DNA of 64,000 nucleotides from a virus: IMG/VR virus record IMGVR_UViG_3300034062_002027; one strand, 5' to 3'. Shown piece by piece: positions 57,928 to 64,000 of this stretch (position 1 is its first letter; each line of letters starts with the position of its first letter). The notes under the pieces were generated by a model. It saw only the letters and a program-made list of their open reading frames with translations, ran no database searches and was not told where the DNA came from. The position numbers and the translations under genes were made by a program.

Positions 57928-58311
57928 TCAAGATATTGCAACTGTACCAACAAACGCTGTCGCTACCAAGTAGTTCTGCGTCAGGGCTACGTCAAAAAAA
58001 CTGGCCCCACCCACAGGGTTCCAGCCCCACTGAATGTCCCTTGAGCCGCCCGACAAGTTGCCCTCGTCGTTTAAACCAGAGGTCACGTAGGTTGTGTCCC
58101 TGCGTGGGTTCCTAAGCGCCTGTGGGTCATCCACAGGGAACGTGCCAAGCATCAACTGCGGCTGATCAGGGTCCCAGCACTCCGGGCACACCAGCAGCTC
58201 GTACTTGCGCTGCTTGATGATCTCTGTCTTGAGCTGCTTGAGCTTAAACTGCTGCCCGCAGCGGTCGCACATGGCAATCGCTTTGTGACCTGCTGCAAAC
58301 CGGTTTGACAT
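57928..58311 (-). CDS. zinc-ribbon structural protein
   Basis: 127 aa, containing CDRCGQQF...CPECWD. Confidence 0.55.
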   Translation of the reverse strand: MSNRFAAGHKAIAMCDRCGQQFKLKQLKTEIIKQRKYELLVCPECWDPDQPQLMLGTFPVDDPQALRNPRRDTTYVTSGLNDEGNLSGGSRDIQWGWNPVGGASFFDVALTQNYLVATAFVGTVAIS

Positions 58312-59015
58312 CAGTAGCCACCGCTTCCTATGCGAGTGGCGCGTGGCACAAACCTGACTGCAGCCTTCTCACGGTCTTCGGACGAGGCGAGGTCCCAAGC
58401 TTCGTCGTATTGTTGCTTCAAAATTGGCAGGCGGTCCATCGACCCCGGAATTTTCAGCGCAAGGTGGTAAGCCAGCCCAGCCGTCATAGCCTCATAGAAG
58501 CGAAAAGGCATATCCATTGTGTTTACACCGCCCCCAGCGTCTTGCATGCGGCGCAGACGCCAGTACACAAACACGTAAGGCTGCGAGTTGTCTGGAACGG
58601 GCCAGACGTTTATTCGGGGGGAGTCAGTCAAGCGTTCAATCCAAACCTGAATTGGACGGGCTTGCTGGAGCTTGTTAGGAATCGTGGCGTATGTAGAGAC
58701 ACTGATCCGGGTGATGGTCAGGTCTGCTTGTGTTGAAACGTTACCCGCGCCCGTGCGGATGACGTGCTCCAAAAGGTCCACTGTGTCCGCAGGAAGGTTG
58801 TACGTTGCTTGGCCGGGGGTCAAATTAATCGACCCCTGCTCATACGTGAACATGTTTAAACCACGATTTGCCCACTGGGCGAACATCAGGTTCATGGATC
58901 GACTGGCCGTGCGTAAGTCGTAGCCCGTGCGCAACTCACCACCAGCGCGTTCAAACGCTTCCTCCACGATCTCCGTGAGGTCCATGTTAAACGCTGCTGT
59001 GCCTGATGTTGCCAT
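58311..59015 (-). CDS. putative head-to-tail adaptor / tail tubular A-like protein
   Basis: 234 aa. The pattern FNMDLTEIVEEAFERAG...RSMNLMFAQWANRGLNMF...YATIPNK...RPIQVWIER...VWPVPD is one I recall from podovirus adaptor proteins. Confidence 0.5.
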   Translation of the reverse strand: MATSGTAAFNMDLTEIVEEAFERAGGELRTGYDLRTASRSMNLMFAQWANRGLNMFTYEQGSINLTPGQATYNLPADTVDLLEHVIRTGAGNVSTQADLTITRISVSTYATIPNKLQQARPIQVWIERLTDSPRINVWPVPDNSQPYVFVYWRLRRMQDAGGGVNTMDMPFRFYEAMTAGLAYHLALKIPGSMDRLPILKQQYDEAWDLASSEDREKAAVRFVPRATRIGSGGY

Positions 59016-59248
59016 TATCTAAAACCTGCTGTTTTCTTTGCGATGGTCTTGGGCTGGGCCACAAACTGTTTACCCGCCGCCTTGCCAGCACGTTTGGCTT
59101 TTGTGGTGGCTGCATACTCTGCGGGGCTGAGCGATTTTATCGCCTTCTCCGGTAAATACCGCTCACCAGTTTTTGAAGACGGCTTCCCACTCTTGGTGCG
59201 CCATTTCTGGTCGCCCCAGTCTTTGAGGGATTGCTGGGGAGCCTTCAT
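59015..59248 (-). CDS. small basic protein (DUF-type, K/A-rich)
   Basis: 77 aa, containing DWGDQKWRTKSGKPSSKTGERYLPEKAIKSLSPAEYAATTKAKR. Confidence 0.55.
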   Translation of the reverse strand: MKAPQQSLKDWGDQKWRTKSGKPSSKTGERYLPEKAIKSLSPAEYAATTKAKRAGKAAGKQFVAQPKTIAKKTAGFR

Positions 59249-59353
59249 TTAGTCGTCCGCCAGCAGGCCAGCTTCTTCCAATTCCAAATCCTGCAAGACT
59301 TCTTCAGTCCCACAAGTGCAAGGGCCGTCTTCATGTACGGCGCAATCTTCCAT
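59249..59353 (-). CDS. acidic micro-protein (34 aa, doubtful)
   Basis: My translation is MEDCAVHEDGPCTCGTEEVLQDLELEEAGLLADD. There is no SD. It abuts both neighbouring genes. Confidence 0.3.
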   Translation of the reverse strand: MEDCAVHEDGPCTCGTEEVLQDLELEEAGLLADD

Positions 59354-59357
59354 ATGA

Positions 59358-59633
59358 TTAGTCACGATAACTACCTCCTGCGGCTTTGTATTTCTTTGCT
59401 ACAAGCTGAGCTTTACGGGCTGACCACTGGCCTGCGCCGGTGCCCTGTGTTGCGGCAGCTTTCACTTGGCTGACAATCCGCTTGCGCAGATCGGGCTTGG
59501 TGTAATTGCCAGCCGCATTGACTTTACCGCCTTCAGCATATTGCGTGAAGTTGGTGTTGTCCCGGCGAGCTTTACGCACGCCTTTGGGCATCTTTGAGGG
59601 GAGGATGTCTCCCATGCCGCGACTGGCTCTCAT
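59358..59633 (-). CDS. small basic protein
   Basis: 91 aa, containing YAEGGKV...GQWSARKAQLVAKKYKAAGGSY. Confidence 0.55.
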   Translation of the reverse strand: MRASRGMGDILPSKMPKGVRKARRDNTNFTQYAEGGKVNAAGNYTKPDLRKRIVSQVKAAATQGTGAGQWSARKAQLVAKKYKAAGGSYRD

Positions 59634-59634
59634 G

Positions 59635-59865
59635 TCAGCACATCCCGCCGCCAGCCATTTTGATCATCTTGCCCTTGGTGTGGGCCTTGGTGACGCAACC
59701 ATCGGCGCGAGTAACACTGCCACCACTGGCGTACTTCTTTGGCTTGCGTGGCTTGGGAGCCGAGCCGCCATCGATGTCTTGAGGAGGAGGCATGCCGGAG
59801 TCTTCTGTGTAAACACCATCTTGCAGACCACGAGGGGGTTTTTTCTTCATCATCATGTCGTTCAT
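59635..59865 (-). CDS. small basic protein with shared C-terminal module
   Basis: 76 aa, containing MMMKKKPPRG and ending YASGGSVTRADGCVTKAHTKGKMIKMAGGGMC. Confidence 0.55.
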   Translation of the reverse strand: MNDMMMKKKPPRGLQDGVYTEDSGMPPPQDIDGGSAPKPRKPKKYASGGSVTRADGCVTKAHTKGKMIKMAGGGMC

Positions 59866-59874
59866 GTCAGCTCC

Positions 59875-60885
59875 TTAACGCATTTTGCAGCGTGTCTTAC
59901 CTTTGATTGCAGCACCGTCTGCGCGTTTTGATGCGCCAGACACAGAACCACCAGACGCCATTTTCTTGATTGGCATGGCTTTTTTCACAGAGCCACCCTT
60001 CTTCAAAGCGAAATCTTTACCGCCAAGGCCTTTTCTTACTGCGCCTGCGGCCGCTTCGTAACCGGGAGAGCTTTCATCAAGCCCGTAACGTTTGGCGTTT
60101 TCTTTGAGCATCTCACTCTTGCGAGCTTCGGCTCTTTCTGCGCGTTTGCGTGCAACTGCGCCAGCTTTGTCGTAAGTCAGGCGCTTTGTTGGCGCTGGAA
60201 GCGCCTCTTGGGAGTACTTTGCCATCTTTGGCGTGGCAAGTTTCTTTGCCAGAGATTGCAAAGCTTTTAAACCAACGCCACCAGCCATAGCAGATGCGGT
60301 TTCTAAACCTTTTTGGGTTTGCTCTGCGGTTGGCTTAATTGAATCAATTTCTTGTTCAATTTGTTGTTTTTTGGTTAGCTTAGCTGGCGGCTTGTAGTTG
60401 GCAAGCTCGTCTGCCGTTGGGCCGCCACTACGTTCGTAGGTTTTGGTGGTTGGCTGCGCCCCCGTCATTGGGTAAGCGGAAGTCTTGGCAGGAGAAGATT
60501 TGGCTGGCGCGGACTTAGTTGGCGCAGAGGGTTTGGCTGCCTGAGTGTTTACACGAGGCTTTTCTACCTTTGGGCCAGCAGGAACCGGAATGCGCTCTCG
60601 TGCATTTGCCGCTTCCAGCTCATCCATTGCTGCGGCGGCAGGCATTGCTTGCGCAGAAGCCGTTGGACGGGTTACCGGAGTTGCAGCCATAGTCTCTACT
60701 GGAGTGCGTTCTGCCTTGCCCCGGCCAGCACCAAAACGACGATAGGCCTCAGAGCCCTCGTCATCAATGTTGCCCATGCGAAGGCGTTCAAAGAAGCCAA
60801 CCTTGTCCTCTTTCGAGGCTTCCAGCCCACGGTCTTTGTCAGACATGCCGCCCTCTTGAAAGCGTTTGATCTTCTTTGTCGCCAT
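59875..60885 (-). CDS. basic A/K/P-rich virion-module protein with shared C-terminal module
   Basis: 336 aa. It starts MATKKIKRFQEGGMS and ends KKMASGGSVSGASKRADGAAIKGKTRCKMR. Confidence 0.55.
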   Translation of the reverse strand: MATKKIKRFQEGGMSDKDRGLEASKEDKVGFFERLRMGNIDDEGSEAYRRFGAGRGKAERTPVETMAATPVTRPTASAQAMPAAAAMDELEAANARERIPVPAGPKVEKPRVNTQAAKPSAPTKSAPAKSSPAKTSAYPMTGAQPTTKTYERSGGPTADELANYKPPAKLTKKQQIEQEIDSIKPTAEQTQKGLETASAMAGGVGLKALQSLAKKLATPKMAKYSQEALPAPTKRLTYDKAGAVARKRAERAEARKSEMLKENAKRYGLDESSPGYEAAAGAVRKGLGGKDFALKKGGSVKKAMPIKKMASGGSVSGASKRADGAAIKGKTRCKMR

Positions 60886-60894
60886 GATTATTCC

Positions 60895-61308
60895 TTAGCA
60901 GGTCTTGCCGCCACGGGCCATTTTGATCATAGCGCCCTTGGTTTTACCCTTGGATGCAATGCCGTCTTTGCTTGGGGCTGCGGTACGCACTGAACCCATC
61001 TTGGTTGTGCCGACAGAGCCGCCAGCCTTCAAGCCTTTGTGAGCCTTAGAAGCTGGCATACCGGCATGCTTAGCCAAAGCGGGTGGCATACCTTTTTTAG
61101 CCATGTCGGCTTTAGCCATGCCACGACCTTCTTTTTTCATCATCATGTTTTCGGATTTCATATCGCCACCTTTAGAAAATTTGCGGCCCTTGTCCGCGTT
61201 GGAGAAATCTTTGCCCACAGATTGTGGGACGCCTGCCTTCTTAGCAAACGCTGGGTTGTTAGCCACCGCCGCCATGAAATTATGTTGTTTCTTGCTAACT
61301 GAGGGCAC
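60895..61308 (-). CDS. small basic protein (DUF3008-like N-terminus) with shared C-terminal module
   Basis: 137 aa. The N-terminus is SKKQHNFMAAVANNPAFAKKAGVP. It contains MMMKKEGRG and ends SKDGIASKGKTKGAMIKMARGGKTC. Confidence 0.55.
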   Translation of the reverse strand: MPSVSKKQHNFMAAVANNPAFAKKAGVPQSVGKDFSNADKGRKFSKGGDMKSENMMMKKEGRGMAKADMAKKGMPPALAKHAGMPASKAHKGLKAGGSVGTTKMGSVRTAAPSKDGIASKGKTKGAMIKMARGGKTC

Positions 61309-61543
61309 TGCGATGCTCCTTCATAAAGTCATCAATCTTGCTCTCAAGACGGTCCAACCGGGCCAGAACACGATTAATATCGCCATGCACATCTGCCTTG
61401 GTCACATACTTCTCAGCATTCTCTTCGCGGGTCTTGCTCAACAAGATGCTCAGGCGCTTCACTTCATCGTGAGACACCTTTACCCAAAATAGCAACGCCG
61501 CTGACGCAAACGACAACAGCACATTCCAAGCCATCAGTTCCAT
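61295..61543 (-). CDS. membrane-anchored coiled-coil protein
   Basis: 82 aa with an N-terminal TM WNVLLSFASAALLFWV. Confidence 0.5.
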   Translation of the reverse strand: MELMAWNVLLSFASAALLFWVKVSHDEVKRLSILLSKTREENAEKYVTKADVHGDINRVLARLDRLESKIDDFMKEHRSALS

Positions 61544-61544
61544 G

Positions 61545-61799
61545 TCAGCACTTCCATCGCGCCAGTGACGCGGCTTTACGAGTGGGCTTGCCCTTCTCGT
61601 CTTTCATTGGGCCCGGCATGCCCGACATGCGTGCGCAGAACGAATCCTTGCGCTTGCCACCCTGCGGTTGCGGGGCCTTCAGGTTGCTGCCGGTCGCAGC
61701 GTTATATTTCTGGCGTCCTTTGGCAGTCAAGCCCGCCCCCTTAGAGGCAGGCAGCTTCTCGCCACGACCGATTGCAAGGGATGGGGTCTTCTTAGCCAT
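61545..61799 (-). CDS. small basic protein
   Basis: 84 aa, containing GLTAKGRQKYNAATGSNLK...RKDSFCARMSGMPGPMKDEKGKPTRKAASLARWKC. Confidence 0.55.
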   Translation of the reverse strand: MAKKTPSLAIGRGEKLPASKGAGLTAKGRQKYNAATGSNLKAPQPQGGKRKDSFCARMSGMPGPMKDEKGKPTRKAASLARWKC

Positions 61800-62541
61800 T
61801 GACGACTTTCAGTTTGGGTGTGCAGTGCTGCTCGATCAGCGGCATCAGCACAGCTTCTTTAAAGCTGCGGTGGTATTCCTGAGAGCCAACGTGCGGCAGG
61901 GTAATCTCTGGGTCAACAAACACCGTAAAGCCATCTGCGCGTGCGCGTTTGCAGAACGTGTAGTCCTCGCCAACGTACTGCCCATTGCTCAACTCAAAGT
62001 CGAACATGGCGCTTTCGTCGCGGTTGTACACGTCATTAAAGTAAGTCCACTCGGGGTGACCCGCAACCATCTTCTCCAGCACATGGCGCTGGATCATCAT
62101 AAAGCCTGTAGCTACGTTCTCGACCCGCAGCATGCCGTGCGGATCAAACTCGAGTGTGTTGGCCTCGTCGATGTAGATGTCCAAGAAGAACTTGCGGTCT
62201 TCAGCTCTGCGGGTGTACATCCCGGCTGTAATGTCCTTGCCAGTGCTCAGCGCCAGCAGGCGAAGCACAGACTCTGCGTCCACCACGATGTCGGCATCGA
62301 CGAACAACATGTCCGTGCAATCCGACTCCAAGAAGTTGGCGACCAGAATGTTTCTGGCCTTGGTGATCAAAGAGCAGCCCGACAGATGCGACAGTTGCAC
62401 CTGAACACCAAACTGCGAAGCCTTGACCACCAGATCGGCCAAGGCAAACGAAGTCTTGATGTTCAACTTGCCGTCGTAGGCGGGTATCGCAATCATCAGT
62501 TTGCGACCTGCAACATCCATGGGGCGTGTCTCTTCAGCCAT
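61792..62541 (-). CDS. glycosyltransferase (GT-A/GT2-like)
   Basis: The ATG at 62541 overlaps the upstream stop by 8 nt; an ATG at 62520 is an alternative. It contains MIAIPAYDG, LFVDADIVV (DxD) and GEDYTFCKRA. Confidence 0.7.
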   Translation of the reverse strand: MAEETRPMDVAGRKLMIAIPAYDGKLNIKTSFALADLVVKASQFGVQVQLSHLSGCSLITKARNILVANFLESDCTDMLFVDADIVVDAESVLRLLALSTGKDITAGMYTRRAEDRKFFLDIYIDEANTLEFDPHGMLRVENVATGFMMIQRHVLEKMVAGHPEWTYFNDVYNRDESAMFDFELSNGQYVGEDYTFCKRARADGFTVFVDPEITLPHVGSQEYHRSFKEAVLMPLIEQHCTPKLKVVNG

Positions 62542-63049
62542 AGTAAATCTGCGCTGCGTCAATGCCGCTCATGTAGGAATAAATTCCATTTACCGCCAAC
62601 ACACCTTCGCCGGGGATAAGCGGAGCATTTTGAAACTCGTCGGAAGAGTGGGTTTCATAGGTCAACAGCCAACGATTTGCACCACTAACATAAATTGCTG
62701 CTGGAGTAGCTGTGATGTTTCCAGTGTTGATGTCTGTGAGTGTAAATGTGTCAGCATCTACTCTGGTAATGCTGTAGTTCCCATCGGTGGCAGCACCGCC
62801 AGTGCCAGTGTCAAAGTGAATGCCTACAATGTTTCCGGTAGCAAGACCGTGAGCTGTTTTGGATATTGTTACCGTGGTTCCAGAGCGACCGTATGTAACG
62901 CTTGAAGTTACTGGGGCTGAGGTTGAATCAAACAAAACCAAAGTCCCGCTACCACCAAAAAAAGAAACGCCTTTAACGCGGTTTCTTCCAAGAACAAAAA
63001 ACCCACTCTGGTTTAGATGTCCTTGTTTTACGTCAGTTTGCATGCCCAT
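62534..63049 (-). CDS. virion structural protein
   Basis: 171 aa with an AGGAGA SD and T/G/S-rich beta composition. Confidence 0.55.
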   Translation of the reverse strand: MGMQTDVKQGHLNQSGFFVLGRNRVKGVSFFGGSGTLVLFDSTSAPVTSSVTYGRSGTTVTISKTAHGLATGNIVGIHFDTGTGGAATDGNYSITRVDADTFTLTDINTGNITATPAAIYVSGANRWLLTYETHSSDEFQNAPLIPGEGVLAVNGIYSYMSGIDAAQIYYG

Positions 63050-63066
63050 ATCAATCTCCTGTAAAG

Positions 63067-63085
63067 CAGGGGCCGAAGCCCCCTG
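63067..63085 (-). terminator. GC hairpin after the 177-aa structural gene (attenuator/stabiliser?)
   Basis: On the minus strand: CAGGGGGC-TTCG-GCCCCTG. The U-tract is poor. Confidence 0.3.
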
Positions 63086-63091
63086 AGTTGA

Positions 63092-63625
63092 TTAAGCGTC
63101 AGCAAACGGAGTGACAACAGAGCCAGAGGCCAGCAAAACACCAGTGACCATGTACTTGTTAGCCGCCAAGACAGTCACAGTGATGGTGGAGCCAGCAATA
63201 CCGCCAGTGGTCGAGCCGTCCAAGTTGATGACATCGTTGGTTGCGCCGGGGGCAAAAGCCGTCACTGCGCCAGAGCTGTCGGTGTCAACCATGATAATGG
63301 AGCCAACAAACTTGTCAGTGCCGTTGGTCTTGATAGCCACGGCAGTGGCAGCAGTCTCAATGACAAACGTGTAGCTTGTACCCACGTTGTTAGAGGTGCT
63401 TGGGTCTTGGCCGGGACCAGATGTCACAGGATTGGCTGTGGCATTGATGGTAGGTAGTGTGATGACCAGCGTAGCGTCATTGGTACGAATGGTCTTGCCA
63501 GCGTACGAAGCCACATCCAGAGTCACGGTATTGGTGCCGTTAGCCAGATTGACAATAGAAGCTGGGCCTTGGGTAATAAAGCCAGCCAATGAACGGACTG
63601 GGCCTTGGAAAGTAGTCAGAGCCAT
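63092..63625 (-). CDS. abundant-type virion structural protein (function unknown)
   Basis: 177 aa with a GAGGAA SD. It lies directly after the capsid terminator and is bracketed by hairpins. It has T/A/G/V-rich beta composition. Confidence 0.55.
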   Translation of the reverse strand: MALTTFQGPVRSLAGFITQGPASIVNLANGTNTVTLDVASYAGKTIRTNDATLVITLPTINATANPVTSGPGQDPSTSNNVGTSYTFVIETAATAVAIKTNGTDKFVGSIIMVDTDSSGAVTAFAPGATNDVINLDGSTTGGIAGSTITVTVLAANKYMVTGVLLASGSVVTPFADA

Positions 63626-63722
63626 GATGATTCCTCACATGCGAGTTGAGGCGTCCTGTCTGCATGTCGTCGGCCCGGAGCCGTCAGGAACGCCGGATAG
63701 TCCGGGTTTAAACAAATATACA

Positions 63723-63752
63723 GCAAAAGAAAAGGCCCCACAAGGGGGCCTT
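63723..63752 (-). terminator. rho-independent terminator after the capsid gene
   Basis: On the minus strand: AAGGCCCC-CTTGT-GGGGCCTT followed by TTCTTTTGC. A small AATCC-TTCG-GGATT hairpin also overlaps the stop codon. Confidence 0.7.
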
Positions 63753-63771
63753 CTCAAATAATCCCGAAGGA

Positions 63772-64000
63772 TTAAGCGCCGGGGGAACCGAACACGCCCA
63801 GTGGGTCAGAGACGCCGAAGCTATAACGCTCACGGGCCTTGTAACGCACGTTGCCTGTGTCGAAATCGCCGTCCATGCTGTTAGCCAGCGGGGAACGAAC
63901 GAAGTGCTTCAGGCCGTTGGGCACATCAGTCAACAGGAACCAAGCGTTGGTGTCAGTCAAGAAGTTGTTGACTGTGTAACCACCGGGGATGGAGCCGTTG
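63772..64000 (-). CDS. major capsid protein, C-terminal fragment (open beyond the window end)
   Basis: I read the frame open through nt 64000: ...NGSIPGGYTVNNFLTDTNAWFLLTDVPNGLKHFVRSPLANSMDGDFDTGNVRYKARERYSFGVSDPLGVFGSPGA. The track's 'M' at 63960 is a TTG inside the ORF. The C-terminal pattern resembles Mu gpT-type/HK97-fold capsid proteins. Confidence 0.65.
   Translation of the reverse strand, partial: NGSIPGGYTVNNFLTDTNAWFLLTDVPNGLKHFVRSPLANSMDGDFDTGNVRYKARERYSFGVSDPLGVFGSPGA

Noticed and set aside
56973-58115. 380-aa plus-strand ORF in the neck/head region
   Set aside because: It lies antisense to four well-formed minus-strand structural genes and has an R/V/L/H-rich antisense-type composition.
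61582-62619. 345-aa plus-strand ORF opposite the glycosyltransferase
   Set aside because: It lies antisense to a gene with clear GT-A motifs. It has no SD, and no other plus-strand gene exists in this 37-kb minus-strand operon.

Overview
The window is an almost complete, circularly permuted genome (about 64 kb) of a tailed dsDNA phage. The two window edges carry the N- and C-terminal halves of what looks like one major capsid gene. The architecture is podovirus-like: there are no tape-measure, tube or sheath genes, and a run of giant internal or ejection-type proteins (573, 659, 1557 and 2303 aa) is present. The host is probably Gram-negative, based on the GH108 endolysin, the GTA-type 3-TM holin and E. 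coli-type DnaA boxes.

Layout:
- A late operon of about 45 kb lies on the minus strand. It runs 8036->1 (terS, wHTH, terL, portal, scaffold, capsid) and continues 64000->27395 (head, neck, fibres, lysis, tail, ejection proteins).
- A divergent control region at 8037-8816 holds a DnaA-box cluster and palindromic operators.
- Plus-strand early genes span 8817-15827, including a SprT-like / MoxR-CobS AAA / zincin-vWA triad and a 2OG-Fe(II) oxygenase.
- A minus-strand replication block spans 15880-20089: primase-helicase, HNH, micro-ORFs, an ORF-free structured region with a tRNA-like gene, and RusA.
- A plus-strand recombination and small-gene block spans 20110-27414: PD-(D/E)XK nuclease, Rad52/Sak-like annealase, SSB-like protein and many small proteins coupled by ATGA overlaps.
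- I see no DNA polymerase, RNA polymerase, integrase, CRISPR array or reverse transcriptase.

Most unusual observations:
1. The palindromic octamer GTTTAAAC occurs 24 times, against fewer than 1 expected, in all reading frames.
2. The 2303-aa polyvalent ejection protein carries an HExxH module and an ART-like module.
3. Three tandem fibre paralogues each carry 7 x 43-aa propeller-like repeats.
4. Two glycosyltransferases (one fused to a methyltransferase) sit inside the virion module, together with a 275-aa Pro/Thr tract and a 2OG oxygenase.
5. A short x-A-x-G-G motif recurs across at least 7 virion-module proteins.
6. Two HNH/AP2 homing endonucleases are spliced into the tail and lysis operons with 1-4 nt overlaps.
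7. A promoter-equipped tRNA-Met-like gene carries a structured 3' extension.

All functional calls come from reading the translations by eye; no database search was possible.
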